Assembly: GCA_965198225.1 (NCBI GenBank) | Contig: CBDAOY010000009.1 | Location: 1,152,001-1,216,000, forward strand | DNA from: Terriglobia bacterium | GTDB taxonomy: Bacteria; Acidobacteriota; Terriglobia; 20CM-2-55-15 | Length of the DNA stretch: 64,000 nucleotides | Direction: 5' to 3' | Shown here: positions 9,764-19,399 of the stretch, piece after piece | How the letters are laid out: every line of letters begins with the position of its first letter | Numbering within the stretch: the stretch's first letter is position 1 | The notes under the pieces: model-generated | The model's input: the letters and a program-made list of their open reading frames with translations, nothing else | What the model was told of the DNA's origin: nothing | Database searches by the model: none | Position numbers and translations under genes: made by a program

Positions 9764-10185
9764 TCGTGAGTGAACACAGGTTGAAACGTCGCGTGGAGTT
9801 TTCTGAGACCGACCTGGCCGGCTTCGTCCATTTCACCTGCTTCTTCCGCTACATGGAGGAGGCCGAGCACGCCCTCTGGCGCGAGGCGGGTCTCAGCATC
9901 GTCCCGTCCGATCCCGAGATCGGATTTCCACGGCTGGCGACATCCTTCGAATACTTTCGCCCGTTGAGGTTCGAGGACGAATTCGAGATCCGGATGTGCA
10001 TCGTCGAAATCACCGACAAGACGATGCGCTACAGGTGCGTGCTGAGGAAAGACGACGAGAAGGTCGCCGTGGGTGGTCTGACGATGGCCTGCGTCCGGAA
10101 AGCGCCCGACGAGCCGATGAAGATGATCTCGATCCCGGAAGACATCCGGTCGCGATTCGAGGCGGCGCCAGACGTCGATGAGTAG
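9760..10185 (+). CDS. Acyl-CoA thioesterase (4HBT/YbgC hot-dog fold)
   Basis: RVEFSETDLAGFVHF...FRYMEEAE; overlaps the radical SAM stop (GTGA). Confidence 0.9.
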   Translation: MIVSEHRLKRRVEFSETDLAGFVHFTCFFRYMEEAEHALWREAGLSIVPSDPEIGFPRLATSFEYFRPLRFEDEFEIRMCIVEITDKTMRYRCVLRKDDEKVAVGGLTMACVRKAPDEPMKMISIPEDIRSRFEAAPDVDE

Positions 10186-10207
10186 AGCTGAAACGTGAAG
10201 GAGCGGA

Positions 10208-11530
10208 ATGGTTGACGGGAAGCAGGAATCGGACACAGCGGACGTCGTAGTCATCGGGGGTGGTCCCGCCGGATCCACTGCGTCGACTCTGATCGCGCAG
10301 CAGGGACATCGGGTCGCACTGTTCGAGCGCGAGCGGTTCCCGCGGTTTCACATCGGGGAGTCGTTGATACCCGAGACCTACTGGGTGTTCGAACGTCTCA
10401 ATATGCTTTCGAAAATGAAGCGGAGTCATTTCGTCAAGAAGCGCAGCGTGCAGTTCTTCAGTGCGAGCGGCAAAGGGTCCAGGCCGTTCTATTTCGCAGA
10501 CAACAAGGATCACCCCAGCTCCCAGACATGGCAGGTCGAACGCAGCCAATTCGATCAGATGATGCTGGATAACGCCCGGGAACACGGCGTTGTTGCCCAC
10601 GAGGGCGTGCGCGTCCTGGACGTGTTGTTCGAGAGTGGTCGTGCGATCGGGGTCACGATCAAGGATGAGGACGGGTCCCTCCGTCAGGTCCGGGCCCGCG
10701 TGGTGGTCGACGCCAGCGGCGAAAACGGTCTCTTGATGAAACGCCTCGGGTTGCGCATCTGGGATCCGGTGCTCAATAAGGGAGCGATCTGGACGTACTA
10801 TGAAGGAGCACACCGCGACGAGGGCCCTAACGAAGGCGCTACCCTCGTCCTGCAGACGGCGAACAAGAACGGCTGGTTCTGGTACATTCCCCTGCACGGC
10901 AACAAGATCAGCGTGGGTGTCGTCGCACCGTTCGATTATCTCTTCAACCGGGATCGCGTCAGCCACGAGCAGACGTTTAACGAAGAAATGGAGCTGTGCC
11001 GCCCCGTCAAGGAGCGTCTATCGGTTGGCCACCGCGTCACCGGACATTACGCCACCAGAGATTTCTCGTATCGCTCGAAGCAGGTTGCGGGAGACGGCTG
11101 GGTGTTGGTGGGCGACGCCTTCGGTTTTCTCGATCCACTGTATTCATCCGGAATCCTGCTTGCGCTGAAGTCCGGGCAACTGGCTGCCGACGCAATCGTC
11201 GAGGGCTTTCGGAAGGGAGATACTTCCGGAGCACAACTGGGCAACTGGGGTCCGGCGTTCAACCGGGGTGTCGATCGGATGCGCCGCCTGGTCTGTGAAT
11301 ACTACGACGGCTTCAGCTTCGGCAACTTCGTCCGCAACTTCCCCGATCTACAAGGTGCGATCACCGACCTGCTGGTCGGCGACCTGTTCGACGACGATGT
11401 CGACCGGGTGTGGGAACCGATGGAATCCTTGTACGAGGCGGGCAAGGCCCGGATCCCGGAATGGGATGAAGGAGATCCGGCCGGACGGGCGAATCACACG
11501 GGCGAGTGGAAGGCGACGAGTGAGAGGTAA
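10208..11530 (+). CDS. FAD-dependent halogenase-like oxidoreductase
   Basis: GGGPAG, FPRFHIGESL, FVKK, GWFWYIP (WxWxIP), GDAFGFLDPLYSSG. Confidence 0.88.
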   Translation: MVDGKQESDTADVVVIGGGPAGSTASTLIAQQGHRVALFERERFPRFHIGESLIPETYWVFERLNMLSKMKRSHFVKKRSVQFFSASGKGSRPFYFADNKDHPSSQTWQVERSQFDQMMLDNAREHGVVAHEGVRVLDVLFESGRAIGVTIKDEDGSLRQVRARVVVDASGENGLLMKRLGLRIWDPVLNKGAIWTYYEGAHRDEGPNEGATLVLQTANKNGWFWYIPLHGNKISVGVVAPFDYLFNRDRVSHEQTFNEEMELCRPVKERLSVGHRVTGHYATRDFSYRSKQVAGDGWVLVGDAFGFLDPLYSSGILLALKSGQLAADAIVEGFRKGDTSGAQLGNWGPAFNRGVDRMRRLVCEYYDGFSFGNFVRNFPDLQGAITDLLVGDLFDDDVDRVWEPMESLYEAGKARIPEWDEGDPAGRANHTGEWKATSER

Positions 11531-11693
11531 GTGTAGGTGCGGTCTATGACCGCACGTCGTTTCGGCACGAAGAATGTGCGGTCATAGACCGCCCCTACAC
11601 CGGCCTGTGGAATCCTCGCTCGTGTGTAGGTGCGCTCTATGAGCGCACGGCGTTCCGGTTCGGAAGATGTGCGGTCATAGACCGCCCCTACAC
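11531..11693. repeat. Two tandem GTAG-family REP doublets (REPINs)
   Basis: GTGTAGGTGCGGTCTATGACCGCAC...GTGCGGTCATAGACCGCCCCTACAC at 11531-11600 and 11624-11693, between convergent genes. Confidence 0.9.
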
Positions 11694-11700
11694 CAACGTC

Positions 11701-12945
11701 CTAAGGCCCACGCACGTCGTAGCTGTAGAGCACGGACTGGTCCCGCAGGTACAGCCGGCCGTCGCTCACCACAGGGTGCGCGTAGCTGGGCCAGCCTTGG
11801 TCCGGGATGCTGAACCGGCCTTTCTCGCTGTAGCCTTCCGGGGTAGCTTCGGCCAGCCCGACCACATTGCGTTCGCTGAAGATGTAGAGATTGCCGTCCG
11901 CGTATGTGAGAGAACCCTTGCCGACGCTGCGGTCCCGCCACATTACTTCCCCGGTTTCGAAGTCCATGCAGGTGAGGATGGAATTGTGAAATCCGTAGAG
12001 GTAGCCGTCGATGAGGATGACGCCGCCGTGGTGGTTCTGCATCTGCCGCGTGAAGTAGACTTCCTCGGCTTCCACTTCTCCGCCGCTGGCCGTTAACGCG
12101 AGCAAGCCGCCCCCTGTGCCGTAGGCTGAGGTGTAGAAGACCTTGTTTTCGTGAAAGATCGGCGTCGTGATGTTCGCCGTCCGGTTGGCCGGGCGCTGGT
12201 AGCGCCACATCAGCCTCCCGTCGGAAGCGCGAAGACCGACGCCCGCTCGCGCAGTCAGCGTCATCAGAACCCGAACGCCGCCGACATTGCCGGCGACAAT
12301 CGATGCGTAGCCGGCTGCGTCGCTCAGTTCGTCGCTCGTCCACACGACGTCCCCAGTCACCTTGTTGAGCGCGACGACACCGGCCCCACGGCCTCCAGGT
12401 GTCACGAAGACGTTGTTGCCTTCGACAAGAGGCGATTCGCTGACCAGCCAGGAGATATTGCGTCCGCCGAAGTCCTGGAGGATGTTTCGCTGCCAGATGA
12501 TGGAGCCGTCCGGGGCCCGGAGGCTCGCCAGGTCGCCGCTTTCGGTAAGCACGTAGAGCCGATTGCCGTCGACGGTGGGAGTTCCACGAGGGCCAGGCCC
12601 TTCGCCGTTTCTACGTCCACGCCCGATAGCCGTCGACCACACCAACCTGCCGTCGGCACGGTTCACGCCGGCTACTGCGCTCTGCTGTCCGACCGTCATC
12701 TGGACATAGATGCGGTCCCCCTGTACCGCAAGAGACCCATACCCCGACCCGAGGTTGGACACCATCCATTCCGGTTCCGGTCCCGAAGACGGCCACTCCT
12801 CGAGAAGTCCCGATTCCCTCGACAGCCCGTTTCGCTCCGGTCCTCGCCACTGCGGCCAGTCGTCCCCGGTGGCCAACGAAGCGTCCATTGCGACTAACGC
12901 GCATAGCGTAAACAGCAGGATGGCGAGAGAACGGCGTTTCAACAT
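11701..12945 (-). CDS. PQQ-binding-like (BamB-type) beta-propeller protein, exported
   Basis: Signal peptide; DWPQWRGP; repeated GxxxW docking motifs; PVVSDGRLYLR. Confidence 0.88.
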   Translation of the reverse strand: MLKRRSLAILLFTLCALVAMDASLATGDDWPQWRGPERNGLSRESGLLEEWPSSGPEPEWMVSNLGSGYGSLAVQGDRIYVQMTVGQQSAVAGVNRADGRLVWSTAIGRGRRNGEGPGPRGTPTVDGNRLYVLTESGDLASLRAPDGSIIWQRNILQDFGGRNISWLVSESPLVEGNNVFVTPGGRGAGVVALNKVTGDVVWTSDELSDAAGYASIVAGNVGGVRVLMTLTARAGVGLRASDGRLMWRYQRPANRTANITTPIFHENKVFYTSAYGTGGGLLALTASGGEVEAEEVYFTRQMQNHHGGVILIDGYLYGFHNSILTCMDFETGEVMWRDRSVGKGSLTYADGNLYIFSERNVVGLAEATPEGYSEKGRFSIPDQGWPSYAHPVVSDGRLYLRDQSVLYSYDVRGP

Positions 12946-12973
12946 CGGGATGCTCCATGGATGAAATGCCCGG

Positions 12974-13501
12974 TCATGAACCTGTTCTCGAGATGAGCAG
13001 CGCTCCAAACCCGGGTGTGTATGCCAGCGTCCAGCCTGCGAAGTGGATCAGGTAATCCCAGCCGCTGGGATCGAAGGGAGACCAGATCCCATAGATCAGG
13101 TAGAAGGCCGCCCCTGAGGCCAGAGCGGCGGTCGCACCCCTCGCCAATGCAGTAGGAACGTCCAGGGGCCGGCGCATGAGGAGCTCGTTCAGTCCGCCGA
13201 GAGCGACCCAAACCCCCATCCACACGAGAACCATGACTGAGTAGCCGGCAACGGGGGCCAGCAGATAGAAGCTCGCTGCGGCGAGCCCTCCGATTACTGC
13301 GCCCGACAGTGCGCCGACTCCGGGCCGCTTGCTGAGCGCTCCCAGAAAGAGGCCGATCACGAGAAAGAGGATTGTTCCGTGAATGAGTCCGTAGACCGGC
13401 AGGTGCTGTGGGATCCAGGTCGCCCATATGAAGTCTCCGAGCGTGCTTACCGCGGCAATAGCGAGTGCGCCGCCGATCGATGCTCGAATGCCTGACATCA
13501 T
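12974..13501 (-). CDS. Hypothetical multi-pass membrane protein
   Basis: About six hydrophobic segments; overlaps the upstream propeller gene stop. Confidence 0.75.
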   Translation of the reverse strand: MMSGIRASIGGALAIAAVSTLGDFIWATWIPQHLPVYGLIHGTILFLVIGLFLGALSKRPGVGALSGAVIGGLAAASFYLLAPVAGYSVMVLVWMGVWVALGGLNELLMRRPLDVPTALARGATAALASGAAFYLIYGIWSPFDPSGWDYLIHFAGWTLAYTPGFGALLISRTGS

Positions 13502-14835
13502 TCCTCGGCGATGCTGTACAGGTACCGGTATCCGCGCAGGAGTATCTCGCTATCGACCAACGCCGGCGAGGCGTCGAAGCCGTCGTCCAGTGTGTTGGAC
13601 GCCAGGATCTCGTACTGGTTACCGTGACGGATCACGAGCGTGGTCCCGTCCCGGCCGGGCAGATACACTCGGCCGGCCGCACCCACGGGGGAAGAAAACA
13701 CGTTCGGTACCCCTTCCAGACGCTGCAATGCGAAGTGCGGTTCGCCGGTCTCGGCGTCGAATGCGGAGAGGATTCCCGAATTCGTCTTGAGAAAATAGAG
13801 GATGCCGTCGTAGAGCAGCGGAGACGGCACGTAAGGGGTGTCGCGTGTCAGTTCCCACGCGATCCGGTCCGTGCCCGTGATATCCCCGCTGGCCCCGGCG
13901 AGACGAATAGCCTTCAGGTTGTTGCCACGAAAACCGCTCATGGCGAACACCATGCCGTCGGCCCCCACCGGCGACGGGATCGGGTTCATCGTCAGGCCTT
14001 CGCTTTCCCAGACGATTTCGCCATCCTGGAGGTCGTAGCTCCGCAGCCGGTTCATACCGGGGACTATGACCTGTTCGCGACCGTCGTGCTCGACAACGAG
14101 GGGCGTCGCCCAGGTGTCGATCTCGTCTCTGTCAACGCGCCAGACTTCCTCGCCCGTGTTCTTGTCGAACACCACGACGAACGACTGCCCGCCCAGGTGG
14201 TCCCACACGATAACGATCCGGTCCTCGTAGAGTGCCGGCGTGCTACCCTCCCCGAACTGGTTCCGCATGCCCTTGTCGCCGAGGTCCTTTTTCCAGACGA
14301 GGTTCCCGTCCATGTCGTAGGCGTACAACCCGCGGGACTCGAAGTACGCGTAGACCCGTTGCCCATCGGTCGAAGCGGAATTCGACGCCCACGTTCCGTT
14401 GTCCTGATGCGTGGCCTCGTGTGGCGTATCTTCGGTCGCGGTCCGTTCCCAGACGACCTCGCCGTCGTTCCGGTCGATCGCCATGACCACGAAACGGTGC
14501 GTTTTCCGCGGTCGGAAACCGCCTAGCGGGGTGTGCGACTCCTCCACGGAGGTGTCCGTCGGAACGGCTGTCACCAGGAAGATCCGATCGCCCCAGACCA
14601 CCGGCGAGGCCGATCCACGTCCGGGTATCTCGATCTTCCAGCGAATGTTCTTCGTCTCGCTCCATTCCATCGGCGGGTTTGCGGTTTTCGACACGCCCGT
14701 CGCGTACGGGCCACGCCACTGCGCCCAGAACTTCTCGGCCTCCGGGTCCGTTTCGGCCAGGACCGACGCACCCAGGACGATTCCGATCGCGATGATCGTG
14801 AGACTCAGGGCCGCGATCCTCACTTTTCTCAACAC
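13498..14835 (-). CDS. PQQ-binding-like beta-propeller protein, exported
   Basis: WAQWRGP, NIRWK..PGRG.ASPVVWGDRIF, PYVPSPL. Confidence 0.9.
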   Translation of the reverse strand: MLRKVRIAALSLTIIAIGIVLGASVLAETDPEAEKFWAQWRGPYATGVSKTANPPMEWSETKNIRWKIEIPGRGSASPVVWGDRIFLVTAVPTDTSVEESHTPLGGFRPRKTHRFVVMAIDRNDGEVVWERTATEDTPHEATHQDNGTWASNSASTDGQRVYAYFESRGLYAYDMDGNLVWKKDLGDKGMRNQFGEGSTPALYEDRIVIVWDHLGGQSFVVVFDKNTGEEVWRVDRDEIDTWATPLVVEHDGREQVIVPGMNRLRSYDLQDGEIVWESEGLTMNPIPSPVGADGMVFAMSGFRGNNLKAIRLAGASGDITGTDRIAWELTRDTPYVPSPLLYDGILYFLKTNSGILSAFDAETGEPHFALQRLEGVPNVFSSPVGAAGRVYLPGRDGTTLVIRHGNQYEILASNTLDDGFDASPALVDSEILLRGYRYLYSIAEE

Positions 14836-14928
14836 TCACTTCCTACCGAACGTGATTGGTCCAGTAAGTATAGTCTCGTTCCCGAATCGGCGCTTGGAGA
14901 GAAAGCCGTTGACGTCGGGGTTCGGGCC

Positions 14929-17127
14929 CTAGCGATTTCGGCGGGCAGGGTCCGGTTCTTCTCCGAACCCGTACACGTGGCCCACCGTCCGGATAACAAT
15001 GAGACCGTCGGAAATCGCCGGCGGCGCCATGATGACCCCATCGATCTCGTTGTGCGCGATCTCGAAGTACTCGCGGCCGGCGCGCGCGACGAACACGTCA
15101 CCATCCTCGCTGGCGATGTAGAGCCGTCCGTCCGCCGCTACAGGTGAGGCGGAGAAGGCGCCACCGGTCCCGACGCGTGCGCGGTAGACCCGCTCACCCG
15201 TTTCCGCTTCATACGCCGTAATGATGCCGTTGCTGTTCAGCGTGTAGAACAGGCCTCGGTAGAGGATCGGTGTGGGGATGTATGTTCCCCCGCGATCCGA
15301 GCTCCACGCGATGGCATCGTTGGAGCTGGCGCGCCCGGTAAGGGAGATGTCGCCTGAAGATCCCGGCCGGATCGCGTAAATTGGGCGGACAGGGGGATAC
15401 CCTCCGGTCACGTACGCCAGGCTGGGACCCACGACCGGTGTCGCGACCGTGATCTCCGAGTTTGGAGCCAGCGACCAGCGCAGTCTGCCGGTCTCGGGAT
15501 CGTACCCCCGCACCTTGGTGCCGTTCGTGATCAGCTCATCACCGGATTCTCCCGTCGCGATGGTCGGGGTTCCCCACGTGGGGATTTCGTCATCCCGGCT
15601 CGTCCGCCAGAGTTCTTCCCCCTCCGACAGATCGTATGCCGCCACGAAGGAGTCCTTCTGGCGATCGACCTGGAGGATGACCGAATCCAGGTAGATGATC
15701 GGCGAGCTGCTGTGGCCCCATTGTTCGGTGGCGTCGAAGAACCAGCCGTTGTCGATCAGACCCAGGTCCTTCTTCCAGAGCAACGCACCGTCCATGTCGT
15801 AGGCGGCGAGCACTCCTGTCGTGCCGAAGAGCACGACCACGCGGCGTCCGTCGGTGACCGACGTGGAGCTGGCCTGGCTTCCCTTGGTGTGACGCTTCGT
15901 CCGGGGTATGCCCCGGTGGACTTCTCTTTCCCATCGAACTTCGCCGGTCTGATTGTCCAGTGCATACAGCTTCCATACGTGCTCGGATAGATCGTCGACC
16001 GAGCGGACGTCGCCGTAGAGACCGGTTCGAAACGTGTTGTCGCCGGAGCCGCTGATTGCGGTGGTGACGAACAGCCGGTCGCCCCAAACTACCGGGCTCG
16101 AATTGGCGACACCCGGGACGGGCGTTTTCCACCGGACGTTGTGTTGGGTTGTCACGTCCCATTCGACGACCGCACCCTGTCCATCGGCCACGCCTGAAGC
16201 CCCGGTTCCGCGGAAGGACGCCCACGGCCGGCCCGTCCCTCGCGGGGCGACCGCCAGGTCAGTCTCCGTCGGACTCGAGGTCGGCCCGCCGGTCGGTTCG
16301 GATGTTCCTGCCGACACTTCAGTGGTTCGGGTGTACACGAGCGTCGGATCCTCACCGGAGCGTGCCGGCCGCGTGAGGACCAGTTGGTCAACGTCATCCT
16401 GTTTGTCGAACGCCATACCGATGGCGGGTCTCTGCGGGGCGATGAAGTTCGATGACGAGATCGGAAAAAGTGTAACGATCTGTTCCAGGTTGACCCGGAG
16501 ACGGCCGTCCTCGTAGGTGATGACGATCGTTCCGCCGTTTTCCCGCCGGTAGGTACCGCTCAGCACCTCGAGGTCTGAGGGGGAAAGGGTCACGATCGAA
16601 TTCGCCGCGCCCGGCCTGTCCGACATCGCGGCCTCGAGGACCGATGCCATCTCCGTATTGCCGGAATCGACAACTAGCGCATAACTTGCGGCAACCGTGC
16701 TGTCGGCTACGTCGTCCCGCGCCGCGGCGGCCTCGAGCAGCGAAAGATCCTCTTGGGCGACCGCCAGCGCAAGAGCGTCGCTTGCTCCCGGCGACCCAGC
16801 TTCGATCAGATAGCGGACGATGTCCGTGTTTCCCTCCGCCATGCCGATGGCGGTGAAGCCGTAGAACGTATCTTCGACGGTCAAATCCGCATCCCGATCG
16901 ACGAGGAGTCGAACCATCTCCATGTTGGCGTTGGTTGCCGCGAACAGCAGTGCCGTGGCGTTGTAGCGCGTTTTGGCGTTGACGTTGGCTCCCCGCTCGA
17001 GCGCCCTCCGGACCTCCGGCAGGTCGTTCTGCTGGGCGGCATCGAGCAGGGCCTCGTCCGGGCTTGCCTGCACTCCGGCGAGCAGCAGCACGAGGGCCAG
17101 GGTCGGGAGCGACAGAGGTGCTGTCAT
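14929..17127 (-). CDS. Ankyrin-repeat + PQQ-like beta-propeller fusion protein
   Basis: ATG at 17127 after GAAGGAG; ALLDAA...GANVNAK...TALLFAA ankyrin repeats; C-terminal WASFRG...NVRWK..PG..NSSPVVWGDR propeller. Confidence 0.85.
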   Translation of the reverse strand: MTAPLSLPTLALVLLLAGVQASPDEALLDAAQQNDLPEVRRALERGANVNAKTRYNATALLFAATNANMEMVRLLVDRDADLTVEDTFYGFTAIGMAEGNTDIVRYLIEAGSPGASDALALAVAQEDLSLLEAAAARDDVADSTVAASYALVVDSGNTEMASVLEAAMSDRPGAANSIVTLSPSDLEVLSGTYRRENGGTIVITYEDGRLRVNLEQIVTLFPISSSNFIAPQRPAIGMAFDKQDDVDQLVLTRPARSGEDPTLVYTRTTEVSAGTSEPTGGPTSSPTETDLAVAPRGTGRPWASFRGTGASGVADGQGAVVEWDVTTQHNVRWKTPVPGVANSSPVVWGDRLFVTTAISGSGDNTFRTGLYGDVRSVDDLSEHVWKLYALDNQTGEVRWEREVHRGIPRTKRHTKGSQASSTSVTDGRRVVVLFGTTGVLAAYDMDGALLWKKDLGLIDNGWFFDATEQWGHSSSPIIYLDSVILQVDRQKDSFVAAYDLSEGEELWRTSRDDEIPTWGTPTIATGESGDELITNGTKVRGYDPETGRLRWSLAPNSEITVATPVVGPSLAYVTGGYPPVRPIYAIRPGSSGDISLTGRASSNDAIAWSSDRGGTYIPTPILYRGLFYTLNSNGIITAYEAETGERVYRARVGTGGAFSASPVAADGRLYIASEDGDVFVARAGREYFEIAHNEIDGVIMAPPAISDGLIVIRTVGHVYGFGEEPDPARRNR

Positions 17128-17156
17128 TGGGGCTCCTTCACGAGGGAAGTCCGACT

Positions 17157-18485
17157 TTACCGTCCGATCGCGTAGACGGCATCGTCGGAACGGATGAACA
17201 ATCGGCCTCCGGCAATCGCCGGCGATGCCAGCTGCCGGGCATCGAGCTTGTTGCGCGCGAGGACTCGAGGGTCGCGGCCGGCTGCCAGGACGATGGTTTC
17301 TCCGCCTTCGCTGAGGAGGTAGATCTTGCCGTCGGCAGCCACCGGCGAGGCGCTGAAGACACCACCGATTCTCTGCTGCCACACGCGATCGCCGGTCTCT
17401 GCGTCGGTGACGGTGACGATCCCGACATCACCCACCATGTAGACCAGGCCGTCGTGATAGACGAGGGAGGAGACGTAGGGTGCGCCCGTTCCCACCCTCC
17501 AGAGGACATGACTGTTGGTGACGTCCCCGGCCCCACCCGGTCGGATCGCCATGAAGGGGCCGCTACGGTAGCCGCGACTCGTGTAGATCACTCCGTCGTT
17601 CTGGACCGGCATGGGGATCGGGAAACGATTCGACTCATCGAATTGCCAGAGAAGCTCGCCGGTGGCGAGATCATGGCCGGCCATCCCTACGCTCGAGTTC
17701 ACGATGATTTCGGCGGAATCCGTCGTCTCGATGACGAACGGCGTGCTGTAGGAGATGACACCCCTGGGTCGATCCACCTTCCAAGTGTTCCGTCCGGTAG
17801 CGGAATCCAGCCCAAGCAGGTAGCCTTGCGGTTCGTGGTAGCAGACCAGGATCACCGTACCGTCATGGACGATCGGCGAACTGCTGTGGCCCCAGTTGAT
17901 GCGGAAGGGTCCGTAATCTTCTGCCAGGTTGCGTTCCCAGACGAGTTTGCCGTCCATGTCGAGTGCGATGATCTGACCGGTGCCGAACCATGCGTAGACA
18001 CGTTCACCGTCGGTGACTGGACTCGGAGAGGCCAGGTTGTGCTTTTCGTGAACCGACGGCAGTCCTCCCTCCGGCTGGAGTGCGTATTCCCAGAGCCGGG
18101 CGCCGCTCGCGCGGTCCAGGGCGGTTACCAGGAACGACACGTCCCCCCCGCGGTCTCGCCTCGTTCCGCTCCCCAGCGGGGTCTCGCCTTCCGCTCCCGC
18201 ATCACCTGCCTGGAAGAGCCTGGGGCCGCGTCGGGAGTTGCCGGAGCCGGCCTGCGCTGTCACAAAGACATAGTTGCCCGAGACGATGGGCGACGAGATT
18301 CCGAGGCCGCGGATTTCCGTTTTCCAGGCCACGTTCTCGCTCTCGCTCCATTCCGTTGGCAATCCCGTCTCCGACGAGACCCCGGTTGCGGAAGGCCCGC
18401 GCCAGTGTGGCCAGTCGTCGGCTGAGAGGGTTGATGTGACTACGGCAATAGCCAAGAAGATCAGCAGGACTCTCGATCTATTCAT
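17157..18485 (-). CDS. PQQ-binding-like beta-propeller protein, exported
   Basis: DDWPHWRGP, NVAWK...GLGISSPIV, ASPVAADGKIY. Confidence 0.9.
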   Translation of the reverse strand: MNRSRVLLIFLAIAVVTSTLSADDWPHWRGPSATGVSSETGLPTEWSESENVAWKTEIRGLGISSPIVSGNYVFVTAQAGSGNSRRGPRLFQAGDAGAEGETPLGSGTRRDRGGDVSFLVTALDRASGARLWEYALQPEGGLPSVHEKHNLASPSPVTDGERVYAWFGTGQIIALDMDGKLVWERNLAEDYGPFRINWGHSSSPIVHDGTVILVCYHEPQGYLLGLDSATGRNTWKVDRPRGVISYSTPFVIETTDSAEIIVNSSVGMAGHDLATGELLWQFDESNRFPIPMPVQNDGVIYTSRGYRSGPFMAIRPGGAGDVTNSHVLWRVGTGAPYVSSLVYHDGLVYMVGDVGIVTVTDAETGDRVWQQRIGGVFSASPVAADGKIYLLSEGGETIVLAAGRDPRVLARNKLDARQLASPAIAGGRLFIRSDDAVYAIGR

Positions 18486-18632
18486 GGATGTTATCTCCGG
18501 CGTCGGGTGTGTGCTATAGCCGTAACCTATCAAGCCCAACCGGGCAGCACAAGCAGGGAAAGGCCGTGGCACGGTTCAGCCTCTACTGGTTTTCGAGGGT
18601 AGGGAATTTTGAAGGGGGGATCTCCTGAGGAG

Positions 18633-18702
18633 GTGTAGGTGCGGTCTATGACCGCACATTCTTCGAGCCGAAACGCTGTGCGCTCATAGAGCGCACCTAC
18701 AC
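18633..18702. repeat. GTAG-family REP doublet
   Basis: GTGTAGGTGCGGTCTATGACCGCAC...GTGCGCTCATAGAGCGCACCTACAC. Confidence 0.9.
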
Positions 18703-18796
18703 CCGATCCTGAAACCTTTCGTCCACTGATTCCAACAGCCTTAACCCGCCTCCGAAGTGTTCCTTTCCAGCTGTTTTGGACAGCGATGACCAGCGA

Positions 18797-19327
18797 TCAT
18801 CCTCCTTCGTGGAGGGAATCTCCCGGTTTCAGGTCCCCGCTGATCTGGACGGTGTAGCCGTCGGGATCCGACACGTGGTAGCTGGCGTACGTGCCGCCAG
18901 GACCACGGTCGAGGCGGGGTTCCAGCCCCCGGCGTTCCAGTTCGCCGCGTACCGTGTCCGAGTCCCAATTTTCGATCTTGTATGCCATGTGATCGATCGT
19001 CGGCAGGTTGGTTCCGGCACTGCCGTTGCGGGCGATCAGGAGCGACTCGCCGAATTGGAGCTGACAGGAACTTTCGCCGTTATCCCCAGCGACGGTCATT
19101 CCCAGCAGGTCGGAATACCAGTCCCGGGTCCTGGCGTAGTCTGCGACCTGGAAGGAGATGTGATCGACGCTGACGGCTTTGAAGCTCTTCGCCTGTGCGG
19201 CTGCGGGCGTGGCGGCGCCTGCGGCCGACGCCGCGGTGGCTGCAAGCGCCAGGCTCTGGATGAGCTGGCGCCGGCTCATGTGTCCGTTCTCGAAATCCTG
19301 AAGCAGTTTGGCGATTACGTTTTCCAT
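18797..19327 (-). CDS. VOC/glyoxalase-family protein with Tat-like leader
   Basis: SRRQLI twin-arginine motif; VDHISFQV...WYSDLLG, IDHMAY, DPDGY. Confidence 0.88.
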   Translation of the reverse strand: MENVIAKLLQDFENGHMSRRQLIQSLALAATAASAAGAATPAAAQAKSFKAVSVDHISFQVADYARTRDWYSDLLGMTVAGDNGESSCQLQFGESLLIARNGSAGTNLPTIDHMAYKIENWDSDTVRGELERRGLEPRLDRGPGGTYASYHVSDPDGYTVQISGDLKPGDSLHEGG

Positions 19328-19399
19328 GTCTTATAAACCTCCCAGGGAGCGTGCGGTTGTTGGGATATCCTGCACGATTTCGGTGGCGGACGCCAGCGT

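Noticed and set aside
11531-11693. REP doublets as a CRISPR array
   Set aside because: Units are inverted pairs scattered across the window, with no regular repeat-spacer period and no cas genes
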